The position numbers and the translations under genes are program-made. The notes beneath the pieces are model-generated. The model made no database searches. It had not been told where the DNA came from and was given only the letters and a program-made list of their open reading frames with translations. Below, in pieces: positions 26,890 to 35,558 of a stretch of DNA of 61,054 nt. Source of the stretch: a virus (taxonomy: Duplodnaviria; Caudoviricetes); the IMG/VR virus record IMGVR_UViG_3300032225_000600, positions 1 through 61,054 of that record; one strand, written 5' to 3'. Numbering within the stretch: position 1 is the first letter of the stretch; each line of letters opens with the position of its first letter.

Positions 26890-27021
26890 GGCATCACTGG
26901 AACCCGTAACCAGTACTAACACTAACTCCTTTTAATGAATTTCACTATATGATCTGTGGTGATTCTGTCATATAATAATGATACATACTAATGCAGTATG
27001 TATTTTAAAAGGAGAACTACT

Positions 27022-27093
27022 ATGTGGACTACACCATCAGCAACAGATATGCGCTTTGGGTTTGAAGTTACAATGTACGTGATGAACCGATAA
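27022..27093 (+). CDS. pqqA: PQQ precursor peptide (not in ORF track)
   Basis: MWTTPSATDMRFGFEVTMYVMNR, 23 aa with E-x-x-x-Y; AAAGGAG SD; own terminator. Confidence 0.95.
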   Translation: MWTTPSATDMRFGFEVTMYVMNR

Positions 27094-27102
27094 TAAAGAC
27101 CT

Positions 27103-27124
27103 AGCCCACTTCGGTGGGCTTTTT
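27103..27124 (+). terminator. Intrinsic terminator
   Basis: AGCCCAC-TTCG-GTGGGCT-TTTT. Confidence 0.88.
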
Positions 27125-27125
27125 C

Positions 27126-27154
27126 TTGACTTAAATTTCTAATGATGTTATAGT
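27126..27154 (+). promoter_or_regulatory. Sigma70-type promoter
   Basis: TTGACT-17-TATAGT with extended TG. Confidence 0.7.
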
Positions 27155-27161
27155 ATGTTTT

Positions 27162-27584
27162 ATGATAGAAATTTTCGGAGGACTTATGTTAGATTGTTTA
27201 ATTATGGGTGACAGTATTGCAGTAGGCACAGCCCAAGTGCGACAGGAATGTGTTTCATATAGTAAGGGCGGTATTAACAGTTACCAATGGTTGAACGCTA
27301 ACGTAGGCAAAAGCCCATATGTTGCCAAAACTGTTATTATCAGTTTGGGATCAAATGATCACAAGTATGTTAAGACATTAACAGAACTACGCACCATTCG
27401 CGAGCTAACCAAAGCAGACCGAGTCTATTGGATACTACCTGCTATCAAGCCAGACATACAGGAAATGGTTCGTAAGGTAGCGGCTGAGAATGGCGATACA
27501 GTATTGCCAATGACACGACTACAAGCAGACGGCATCCACCCTAGTTGGGCTGGATACAAAGATTTAGCTGACAAAACAAAATGA
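27162..27584 (+). CDS. SGNH/GDSL hydrolase
   Basis: GDS, SLGSND and DGIHP blocks; true start may be 27186. Confidence 0.85.
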   Translation: MIEIFGGLMLDCLIMGDSIAVGTAQVRQECVSYSKGGINSYQWLNANVGKSPYVAKTVIISLGSNDHKYVKTLTELRTIRELTKADRVYWILPAIKPDIQEMVRKVAAENGDTVLPMTRLQADGIHPSWAGYKDLADKTK

Positions 27585-28192
27585 AAATACAACCAATCTT
27601 TCCCAGCTTTATTGGAATCGAACAGCTTAATGACCTTATAGATATCAAGGCCATTGAGGACTACTGTTACAAAAAGGAAAGAGAGTGCGTTAATCAAAAG
27701 TGGTTAGGTGGGTGGCAAAGTACTGCCACCATCCTCGATGATCCAGAGATGGCTCCATTGATCTCTGTGATCACTGATCGATTGCTGGGTATCAAAAAGA
27801 TGTACGGTCTCAAGGAAGAAGCTGCGGTTAGGCTTTGCAACGGATGGATCAATATCAACGAATCTGGAAATTACGGGCTGAATAATAATCCACCCCACTT
27901 ACACGCAAACTATTTTGTGTCTGTGGTCTACTATGTTAAGGCAGAGCCAAAAGCAGGCGATCTAACACTGATCGCCCCCTTTCACGACATCGAGTATACC
28001 GTTCCGTTTTCATCAATTGAAAACCACACGGTCTATAACAGTGCTAGATGGAACATTACTCCAGAACCCGGTAAATTAATAATCTTTCCAAGTTGGCTGA
28101 TGCACTACGTTATGGGAAATCTAAGCCAAAGTGACCGAATATCTATAGCATTCAATACCGCTTTGCCACACATTCCCCATCTTGATGCTTGA
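27581..28192 (+). CDS. 2OG-Fe(II) oxygenase-like protein (TIGR02466 type)
   Basis: GWQS, WININ, PHLH, SVVYY, FPSWLMHYV and RISIAFN motifs. Confidence 0.88.
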   Translation: MKIQPIFPSFIGIEQLNDLIDIKAIEDYCYKKERECVNQKWLGGWQSTATILDDPEMAPLISVITDRLLGIKKMYGLKEEAAVRLCNGWININESGNYGLNNNPPHLHANYFVSVVYYVKAEPKAGDLTLIAPFHDIEYTVPFSSIENHTVYNSARWNITPEPGKLIIFPSWLMHYVMGNLSQSDRISIAFNTALPHIPHLDA

Positions 28193-28217
28193 CAAAAACC
28201 AAAACCGATGCTATACT
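28189..28217 (+). promoter_or_regulatory. Sigma70-type promoter
   Basis: TTGACA-17-TATACT with extended TG. Confidence 0.8.
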
Positions 28218-28249
28218 ATTATCTATAGTAAACAAGTTAGGAGTCTATT

Positions 28250-28642
28250 TTGAGTATGCACTTAGAAGGTCCGTGGCTGTCAACCACAGGCAAGAAAAAA
28301 GGTAAACAAAAATTTGCTTCAGCAGAACACGCGAAGAAAGCTCGTGAACAGGAAGAAAGCTGGAAGGCTTTTCAAAAGCGTTGGGGCATTGAAGCAGAAG
28401 AAAAGAAACGCAAACGTGGCCTGTCTGCTGAAGTTTATAAGCCCGATAACAAGCCATATAGTCGTTATGGCACTGATGTTAAGCATCCGAGCTTGCCATT
28501 TACAGGCGGTGCTTGTACAATGCCTGCTCCAAAAGTCTATACTGGTACTATGGTAAAAGGTATTGCTACTATGCACAAGTCAAATGCTGTTCCTGTTTTT
28601 TCAGACGAACAAGCAGTCGATATTTCAAAAATGAGGAGATAA
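28250..28642 (+). CDS. Basic hypothetical phage protein
   Basis: TTG start with AGGAG SD; YTG..VKGIATMHKSNAVPVF motif. Confidence 0.8.
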   Translation: MSMHLEGPWLSTTGKKKGKQKFASAEHAKKAREQEESWKAFQKRWGIEAEEKKRKRGLSAEVYKPDNKPYSRYGTDVKHPSLPFTGGACTMPAPKVYTGTMVKGIATMHKSNAVPVFSDEQAVDISKMRR

Positions 28643-28644
28643 CT

Positions 28645-29118
28645 ATGCCAATGACACAAGAAGCACTTGAGTATCAACGAGAATATCGTAAGCGTACCGG
28701 ATATGCGGCATCTAAAAAATATGCCGGCTCGGACAAGGGTAAGAAAACAATTAAACGTGCAGTTATTTCTCTCAAAAAACGAATCAATTCTGATTTTGAT
28801 GCATTTGTAACATATTCTGTTAGAAGTTTAAGATCGGGAGCAAAGACAAGAAATCTAGCATTTAATTTAACAAAAGGTCAGATCAAAAAATTCTTGGAAG
28901 AAAATACAGTGTGTGCCGAGTCTGGTAGAACTGTAACTTATCAACAAGGATGTCCAAACAAAGCATCTATTGATAGGATCAATAATCGACACGGCTATAG
29001 TTTAAAAAATATTCAAGTCGTGTGTCAACAAGTAAACTATGCCCGAAGCGATATGACCATTGAAGAGTTTGAGCAGATGTGTATAGATGTTGCAAAAAAT
29101 ATTAAAAAGCGTCGATAA
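28645..29118 (+). CDS. HNH-like (beta-beta-alpha-Me) endonuclease
   Basis: Start 28645 with GAGGAG SD; CAESG...ASIDRINNRHGYSLKNIQVVCQQVN pattern. Confidence 0.75.
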   Translation: MPMTQEALEYQREYRKRTGYAASKKYAGSDKGKKTIKRAVISLKKRINSDFDAFVTYSVRSLRSGAKTRNLAFNLTKGQIKKFLEENTVCAESGRTVTYQQGCPNKASIDRINNRHGYSLKNIQVVCQQVNYARSDMTIEEFEQMCIDVAKNIKKRR

Positions 29119-29165
29119 TACCCGGTTTTTATATATGAATCCAAATTATCGACTATATATTATAC

Positions 29166-29412
29166 GTTTCGCAAAGAAACAAGATAGTAGGTCAGTATTA
29201 GGAGCGAGATTTTGATACTGATCCGCGAGTCTTGGCCAATGAGAAACCCGTGAGATTCGGGCGGTCAAGGCTCCAAAGGTACCACAAGTTATGAGCTGTG
29301 GTGGCTAATGGAGACAACTACACGTATGTCAGGGTTCTTTCAGAGCCTCGTGAAGTTAACTCCCTTTATGTAATGTGATTTGATTTATTGGATCACACCA
29401 AGTCAAAGGAGG
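29166..29412 (+). ncRNA. Candidate structured 5' leader RNA of the cell-wall hydrolase gene
   Basis: At least seven consecutive helices and an anti-SD pairing; see findings. Confidence 0.55.
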
Positions 29413-29416
29413 ACTT

Positions 29417-29962
29417 ATGGAAAAAACTATTCGATTAGTATGCTTTACTATTGGATTGCTCGCCGTTGCATTATTTGTTCAATCTATCACTCACAAGAAG
29501 TTTGAAACGCTACAGGCATCAGCAGGTCTATTCAGTAAAGACATTGTATCAATTAAAACACGTGAAAAACAATTAGATTGCCTAGCAATGAACATTTATC
29601 GCGAAGCTGGTTATGAGCCATTCGAAGGTAAGGTCGCAGTTGCACAGGTAACACTAAACCGTGTGAAATCTGGAAAATTCGCAGATGACGTCTGCGGAGT
29701 TATCTATCAAAAGACTGTTTTTATGGAAAAAGTCGTTTGCCAATTCAGTTGGTATTGTGACGGCGCCGTAAAAGCTCGTCCGGTCAATTCAGCAGCCTAT
29801 GATGAGTCAATGGCTGTTGCTAAAAAGGTTCTTTTAGAAGGCTTCAAATTGGACATCGTTAAAGATGCGTTATACTATCACGCAGACTACGTAAATCCAA
29901 GATGGGGATTTGAAAAGATAGGTAAAATTGGACAACACGTTTTTTATAAAGGAAAGAATTGA
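29417..29962 (+). CDS. SleB-like cell wall hydrolase (Hydrolase_2)
   Basis: N-terminal TM; LAMNIYREA..EP..GKVAVAQVTLNRV; CQFSW; IGQHVFY. Confidence 0.92.
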   Translation: MEKTIRLVCFTIGLLAVALFVQSITHKKFETLQASAGLFSKDIVSIKTREKQLDCLAMNIYREAGYEPFEGKVAVAQVTLNRVKSGKFADDVCGVIYQKTVFMEKVVCQFSWYCDGAVKARPVNSAAYDESMAVAKKVLLEGFKLDIVKDALYYHADYVNPRWGFEKIGKIGQHVFYKGKN

Positions 29963-29963
29963 T

Positions 29964-30293
29964 ATGAATCTACCAAAAATTGTATTACCACATTTTGACA
30001 CATTAGAAGAATTCAAAACTTATATCATCGCAAAAGTTTCAGCAGTCTCATCTGAAACATTTGGATGGTTAGCAGTGATACTATTACACGCTGCCACTCT
30101 TCCTAGTATGCTCGCGGTAATGAGCGGACTGACCGATCGTATGCCGCCCGTTGATTTGGTACTGTTAGTTTGGGCAGGCCTCACACTGTTCTTTGTCAAG
30201 GCCGCAGTCCAAAAAGATATGTTAACTTTGGTAACTGTTGGAATTGGATTCATTGCGCAGGCTGTGTTAATGGCCTTGATCTTCTTTAAGTAA
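29964..30293 (+). CDS. Membrane protein (about 3 TM)
   Basis: Three hydrophobic segments; directly follows the hydrolase, so holin-like by position only. Confidence 0.7.
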   Translation: MNLPKIVLPHFDTLEEFKTYIIAKVSAVSSETFGWLAVILLHAATLPSMLAVMSGLTDRMPPVDLVLLVWAGLTLFFVKAAVQKDMLTLVTVGIGFIAQAVLMALIFFK

Positions 30294-30310
30294 TTTGGTA
30301 AAGCATCTGG

Positions 30311-30339
30311 TTGACTTTGATCAGCTACGGTGCTATACT
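30311..30339 (+). promoter_or_regulatory. Sigma70-type promoter
   Basis: TTGACT-17-TATACT with extended TG. Confidence 0.75.
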
Positions 30340-30377
30340 ATATGTGTTGTTTATCATATACACACAGAAAGGCATTT

Positions 30378-30857
30378 ATGAAAAAGGCAATATTAGTAGG
30401 CTTATTGGCATCAGCTATCACTGGCTGTTCGTCGATGAAAGACATTCCTGAGCGTAAGACTTATGCTCAGCCTAGTTGGTATCAAGACTGCGCCCAAGAA
30501 GGTGTTAAGGGTTGGTTTTGGTGGTCAGAAGATTATGTCTATGCTTGCGGTGCAGGTGAAAGTGCGTATGCACAGGCCGCTGAAGAACAGATGGATGCTA
30601 TTGCAATGAATAACTTTGCAAAACGCATCAACGGTACTGTCAATTCCGAAACTGTAATTGAAATCAATAACGACAAGAAAACTACTCGTACATTTATTTC
30701 TTACAAGGTTGCAGATACTGCCATCCGTAAGCACGTTAAGAGTGAAAAAGGTCACTTTACAATGGGCGGACGTCATTATACCTATGTTCGTTTAGAAATG
30801 AAGAAGACTACCTTTGATCAGTTGATTGCTGAAGCCCAGGCCAAGCGAGCACAATAA
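30378..30857 (+). CDS. Lipoprotein (LPP20-like)
   Basis: Start 30378; lipobox ITGC; PSWY motif. Confidence 0.75.
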   Translation: MKKAILVGLLASAITGCSSMKDIPERKTYAQPSWYQDCAQEGVKGWFWWSEDYVYACGAGESAYAQAAEEQMDAIAMNNFAKRINGTVNSETVIEINNDKKTTRTFISYKVADTAIRKHVKSEKGHFTMGGRHYTYVRLEMKKTTFDQLIAEAQAKRAQ

Positions 30858-31219
30858 TGAAAATCAAAGACGAGTTCTTTGCACTATTAGTTGCTGTAGT
30901 ACCTACGCTGACATTAGCGAGTATTATGGCGCTGACTGGCTGTAGTTCGGCTCCTAAGGTAATGGCTGAAAAGCCACAGTACTGTTATACCAGTCAGACC
31001 ATTCGAACACAGAATGGCGAACGGGTAGAGAGTCAAACCGAAGTTGAGTGTACAGATGACCAAGTCAAAAGACTGACAGCCAAGCGCATAGGCCTATCGC
31101 CCAACTGCGGTGAATTTCAATATTGGATGCAAATCGGAGGAAGAGATGTTCAACGCAAAGGTATCAGTTGTCAGAAACTGGACGGCAGTTGGGAAATTGT
31201 TAATACTTTTGGCAGCTAG
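30857..31219 (+). CDS. Cys-containing lipoprotein
   Basis: Lipobox LTGC; C-terminal CQKLDGSW. Confidence 0.7.
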   Translation: MKIKDEFFALLVAVVPTLTLASIMALTGCSSAPKVMAEKPQYCYTSQTIRTQNGERVESQTEVECTDDQVKRLTAKRIGLSPNCGEFQYWMQIGGRDVQRKGISCQKLDGSWEIVNTFGS

Positions 31220-31577
31220 TCCTGTATTCGCAGCCGAAGTTGACAATCCTAAATTCTTCGAATATCGTTCGGGGGGTTTTATGAATCGGTTAACCGATAT
31301 ATCATTCGGTTGGTTTAAAACTCTTGACGACGATCAAAAAGAAGCGTATAGTCAGAGTATTACACACGCTGTGATGTTTGCAGAAAATGGTCAGGGTGTC
31401 TCTTGGTATAAAAGAGATGCCAGTGGTGTTGCAATGCCGGTAATGACTTGGCCTACCGGAAATGGCTACTGTCGTAGAATACACATACAGGCCATTGCAT
31501 ATAATGTGCAAAAAACAATGTCAGCAACAGCCTGTTTCGAAAACAGTTCTGATAACTGGCGTTGGATACGAGAATAA
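31110..31577 (+). CDS. Secreted protein, 17-kDa surface-antigen-like C-terminus
   Basis: Internal signal-like LLILLAASPVFA (true start probably near 31188); W...SG...P......YCR...TAC.....W pattern. Confidence 0.65.
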   Translation: MNFNIGCKSEEEMFNAKVSVVRNWTAVGKLLILLAASPVFAAEVDNPKFFEYRSGGFMNRLTDISFGWFKTLDDDQKEAYSQSITHAVMFAENGQGVSWYKRDASGVAMPVMTWPTGNGYCRRIHIQAIAYNVQKTMSATACFENSSDNWRWIRE

Positions 31578-31587
31578 ATATTAGCTA

Positions 31588-33006
31588 ATGAAAATATATA
31601 CAAGCGAAAAGATTATAGCCTGGTTGACCCTTATAAGCGGTCTTTCCATTTCTGCTGTAGCAGTGTGGTATTCCGTTGCTGGTCTAGTTTCTATCTTCGC
31701 CGCGGCAGCGATTCCTATTATGATTATGGGCATATCGTTAGAAGTCAGTAAGTTGGTAGCCACAGTATGGCTTAAGATGAACTGGAACATCGCCCCAAAA
31801 CTAATCAAATCATATCTTATCGCAGCCATTGCTATACTAATGGTAATTACCTCTATGGGTATTTTTGGATTCCTATCCAAGGCCCATTTGGATCAAGCAG
31901 TTCCGACAGGTGATGTTGTTGATCAAGTATCACTGTTTGATGAAAAAATCAAAACTCAAAAGGAGAATGTTGATGCTGCTCGAAAAGCTCTTAAACAAAT
32001 GGACGAATCTGTTGATCAAGCTATGGCAAGATCCACGGACGAAAAAGGTGCAGAAAGATCCGCTGCCCTACGTAGAGGACAGGCAAGAGAACGAACTCAA
32101 TTACAAAATGATATCGCAAAGGCCCAGAAAGAAATTGCAAATCTCAATGAGCAACGTGCTCCAATCGCCAAGGAACTCCGTAAGGTTGAGGCTGAAGTCG
32201 GGCCCATCAAATATATCGCCGCACTCCTTTACGGTGATAACCCCGACCAAAATATCTTAGAAAAAGCAGTACGTTGGGTCATCATTGTTATTGTTATGGT
32301 GTTCGATCCACTGGCAGTTATCTTGTTGCTAGCCAGCCAATACAGTTTCCAATGGTTCCGTAAGAAAGACGAAGAAGATACGATGAGAGATGAATACGAT
32401 TTCTCTAACGCTGTCCAAAATCCATTAGTACCAGAACCTGTAAGTATTAACGACATTGTGCCCCAAGAATATATTCCTGAAGAAGAAATCAAACCAGAAC
32501 CGTTTGTCCCAGACAGCACACTATGGCCATTCCCTTCAGCACACGAATTACAAACACACACAGAAGAAGTTCCAGGCGAAACACCGTTGACTGCACTAGG
32601 AGGTGATATAACAGCAACAGAGGAAAAGCCAGAAGAAACGGTAGAAGACTTGCCGTTAGATCAATGGAACAAAATGATCGCCGAAGCTGAAAAGGCTGTA
32701 GACGAAGAAGAAGACGAGGCCCTAATTAATACGGCCGACGAACTTGAAAAAGAAGCTATGAGGCAATGGAAGTCCGATAATCCCGGGGCTACCGTTAAGT
32801 TTCATCGTGGACTATTTGAATCCGGAAAGATTGACACACTCCCTTGGGACAGCTATCTAAAAGCTGAAGCCGACTTTACAGATAATGAAGCAGCCGAAGA
32901 AGCTGCAAAGTGGGCTTTAGAACAACTTGAAGATTCTAAAAAAAAAGAATCAACGAGCTGGATAGAGAGAGTGGAAGGTCAACAAATCAAGAGAACCAAG
33001 GAATGA
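31588..33006 (+). CDS. Multi-TM membrane protein with coiled coil and acidic tail
   Basis: Three N-terminal TMs, coiled coil, EVGPIKYIA, a TM with FDPLA, acidic tail. Confidence 0.8.
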   Translation: MKIYTSEKIIAWLTLISGLSISAVAVWYSVAGLVSIFAAAAIPIMIMGISLEVSKLVATVWLKMNWNIAPKLIKSYLIAAIAILMVITSMGIFGFLSKAHLDQAVPTGDVVDQVSLFDEKIKTQKENVDAARKALKQMDESVDQAMARSTDEKGAERSAALRRGQARERTQLQNDIAKAQKEIANLNEQRAPIAKELRKVEAEVGPIKYIAALLYGDNPDQNILEKAVRWVIIVIVMVFDPLAVILLLASQYSFQWFRKKDEEDTMRDEYDFSNAVQNPLVPEPVSINDIVPQEYIPEEEIKPEPFVPDSTLWPFPSAHELQTHTEEVPGETPLTALGGDITATEEKPEETVEDLPLDQWNKMIAEAEKAVDEEEDEALINTADELEKEAMRQWKSDNPGATVKFHRGLFESGKIDTLPWDSYLKAEADFTDNEAAEEAAKWALEQLEDSKKKESTSWIERVEGQQIKRTKE

Positions 33007-33082
33007 TTCCTGGTTACATTCAAAACGCCGAACAAAGCGAAAGTACAATTTGGCAACGAGTAAAACAAGCTAAAGAAGGTCT

Positions 33083-33478
33083 ATGACAAATAAAATAGTT
33101 ATAGTCACCCCACCTGATGACATTTTAACCGATGGTGTCCGTGTGGTATTGTTTGACTTGGTTGACGAACAAACTGCCATCCTTTCAGATGCGTTAACAC
33201 AACTAAGAGATACTACTGCTAATGCCGTTGTTTACAGTTACAATTCTTTGAACGAAAATATAGATTGGTTAATTGAAAAGAAACAAAAGAGCGATTTAAT
33301 AATCTTTAACGCTGATAGCAATAATGATTTAATAGTGGGATATTTGGCCGCACAGCCCAACTCTTACTATTTTGGCACTTTAAAATCTTTACAGGCCGCA
33401 AACAACTGTGCTATATATAATACTGATCAAGCAATTCAACTACTGGAGACAACGCTGTCAAAATATGAGATACGATAA
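33083..33478 (+). CDS. Hypothetical protein
   Basis: 131 aa; VTPPD motif. Confidence 0.7.
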   Translation: MTNKIVIVTPPDDILTDGVRVVLFDLVDEQTAILSDALTQLRDTTANAVVYSYNSLNENIDWLIEKKQKSDLIIFNADSNNDLIVGYLAAQPNSYYFGTLKSLQAANNCAIYNTDQAIQLLETTLSKYEIR

Positions 33479-33719
33479 TAAACCAAAACCACCGAGAGAA
33501 ATTCAAGGCACACGTACCTACGTAAAAGAAAACGAGAATATCAACCAAACTCTAAGACGCTTTAAAAAGAAAGTAGAAGAGGCTGGTATACTAGATGCTC
33601 TCCGTGCCAAAGAGTTTTACGAAAAACCTACAACTGAACGCAAACGCAAAAAAGGTGCTGCCAAAGCACGTTGGCGTAAAAAACTCCGCGAACAGCAACT
33701 CCCACAAAAAATGTATTAA
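33465..33719 (+). CDS. rpsU: Ribosomal protein bS21
   Basis: [36 protein letters not shown]; start 33465. Confidence 0.93.
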   Translation: MRYDNKPKPPREIQGTRTYVKENENINQTLRRFKKKVEEAGILDALRAKEFYEKPTTERKRKKGAAKARWRKKLREQQLPQKMY

Positions 33720-33793
33720 ATTTTTACACACATACACAGAGTGCATAACTATCTGTGTGCCATAGGTTTGGCACAATTTAAAGGAGAAAACAA

Positions 33794-34837
33794 ATGGAAT
33801 TAATTTCCACGTTAACAGGTGGCCTAGGTTACCTATGGATGGTATTCTTCATTATGATCAGTGCTGGACTAGCTAAAGAGTACGCTCTATTCGCCCCAGC
33901 ATTTGCCTATGTTCGTAATACTTTCCGTTCTAACAAATTTGTTGTAGTTATTCTAAGCGCAATTGGTGGTATCCTGCCGATTGAAGGACGAGTAACAGTA
34001 TCAGCTGGTCTGTTAGACACAGTCGCTCCAAAAGATGGTCCAGGTCGTGAGAAGATGGGCATCATTGATTATCTAGCAACGCATCACTATTATATGTGGT
34101 CGCCATTAGAAAAAACAGTGATCCTGCCAATCGCAGCATTTGGACTTACCTACGCAACATTCATTGGGATGATTGCTCCGTTGTTAGTCGTTAGTCTAGC
34201 CTTTATTAGTTGGTACATTTGGAACCAAGTTAAAGAAGAAGATGTTGTGATCGCTCCGGGCAATTTTAAGATGAGTGCTGTAACCAGAAATGTATTTCCA
34301 ATGTTTATCGCATTGGGTGCATACATTTGGGGAGGCGGGGAGCAAAATGTATTTGCAATTTTCGGCCTATTGACATTATACTATGTTATCATTACACAAC
34401 AATGGAACTGGCGTAAGTTACTAGGTTATGTAAATTGGGAAGTTATTCTAACTGTCGCAGCAGTTATTATATTGGGTAACTACTTTAAGTCTCATATGGA
34501 CCTTTATCAGTCATTCATTAAAGACCTAGGCCTAAATCCTAGCACCTTTATAGGAATGTTGATAATTAGTTTAGTGGGATTTGCAGTTAGTTTCTTAATG
34601 GGTAGTAGTGGTAAGTTTATCGCTATTGCGGTGTTAATGGCACAGGTCTTTGGGATGGAATATTTCCTATGGTTCTTTGCTGTTGATTATGCAGGTTACT
34701 TGTTAAGTCCAACCCATAAATGCGTTATGGTTGGTAATCGATATTTTGGTACTCCATATATCACTTACTATAAGGCGCTCGGCACGTGGGTAGCGATTCT
34801 GCTACTAACAGCCGGTATAACCACATTTGTGGTTTGA
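33794..34837 (+). CDS. Multi-pass secondary transporter-like protein (DUF401/IT superfamily-like)
   Basis: About 10 hydrophobic segments; GGILPI.G, WSPLE, GSS and YLLSPTHKC motifs. Confidence 0.7.
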   Translation: MELISTLTGGLGYLWMVFFIMISAGLAKEYALFAPAFAYVRNTFRSNKFVVVILSAIGGILPIEGRVTVSAGLLDTVAPKDGPGREKMGIIDYLATHHYYMWSPLEKTVILPIAAFGLTYATFIGMIAPLLVVSLAFISWYIWNQVKEEDVVIAPGNFKMSAVTRNVFPMFIALGAYIWGGGEQNVFAIFGLLTLYYVIITQQWNWRKLLGYVNWEVILTVAAVIILGNYFKSHMDLYQSFIKDLGLNPSTFIGMLIISLVGFAVSFLMGSSGKFIAIAVLMAQVFGMEYFLWFFAVDYAGYLLSPTHKCVMVGNRYFGTPYITYYKALGTWVAILLLTAGITTFVV

Positions 34838-34863
34838 TCACTTACACACAAGGAGAATTATAA

Positions 34864-35457
34864 GTGAAGAAAATGTTAGCAATTTTATTGGCAACTATGT
34901 TGTCATCTGTCGCAATGGCAGAGAGCGGTGTTGGTTTTGAGTTTGAGCGTGAGCGTGGTACTGCTTCACCTAACACAATGGCAAACACAGTTAAGGTAGC
35001 ACCATTTGTCAAATTAGACAATGGCGTTAAACTTGATCTTATGTTCAGTGGCAGTCGTGATGACGGTTCAGTAAGCGGCAACAACAATGCACTTAAGAAT
35101 GCCATCGAAGCTCGTGCTCAAAAGATGTACGAAGTTTATCCAGGCTTGAAGCTAGGTGCTCGTGTTGGTCTTGGCCAGGTTATCAACGGTACAGACTCAG
35201 CTGGTAAAACAGTTGACTTTGGTTACTACACAGTTGAGCCGAAAGCTGAATATGCAGTTACTAACAAGTTATCAGCATTAGCCAGTTTCCGTTTCCGTGA
35301 CGGTTTCAGCGACAGCGACAACTACTTGACACGTACTTGGAAAGTTGGTGCAGGTTATGCAGTTACCAAACAAGACGTGGTTGAAGTTAAGTACTTCCAA
35401 AAGCGTGGCGACTATAGTACCAATGGTGTTGAATTGGGCTACTCACGTAGTTTCTAA
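34864..35457 (+). CDS. Small outer-membrane beta-barrel protein (porin-like)
   Basis: GTG start; signal peptide; alternating beta strands; C-terminal LGYSRSF. Confidence 0.8.
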   Translation: MKKMLAILLATMLSSVAMAESGVGFEFERERGTASPNTMANTVKVAPFVKLDNGVKLDLMFSGSRDDGSVSGNNNALKNAIEARAQKMYEVYPGLKLGARVGLGQVINGTDSAGKTVDFGYYTVEPKAEYAVTNKLSALASFRFRDGFSDSDNYLTRTWKVGAGYAVTKQDVVEVKYFQKRGDYSTNGVELGYSRSF

Positions 35458-35473
35458 TTTTCAATTAGTGTAG

Positions 35474-35500
35474 AAAAAGGCAACTTTGGTTGCCTTTTTT
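35474..35500 (+). terminator. Intrinsic terminator
   Basis: AAAAAGGCAAC-TTTG-GTTGCCTTTTTT. Confidence 0.88.
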
Positions 35501-35501
35501 G

Positions 35502-35530
35502 TTGACATAGTTGCACTAGGGTGTTATACT
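35502..35530 (+). promoter_or_regulatory. Sigma70-type promoter
   Basis: TTGACA-17-TATACT. Confidence 0.8.
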
Positions 35531-35558
35531 ATATGTTCATAATACAGAAAGCAGATAA

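Noticed and set aside
26887-26920. Hairpin/possible pseudoknot after the GT4 TAG as a read-through signal
   Set aside because: Read-through would add only about ten residues before TAA; no other support.
29166-29412. c-di-AMP (ydaO) riboswitch assignment
   Set aside because: Gene context fits, but I could not find the conserved ydaO sequence blocks; kept as an unassigned structured leader.
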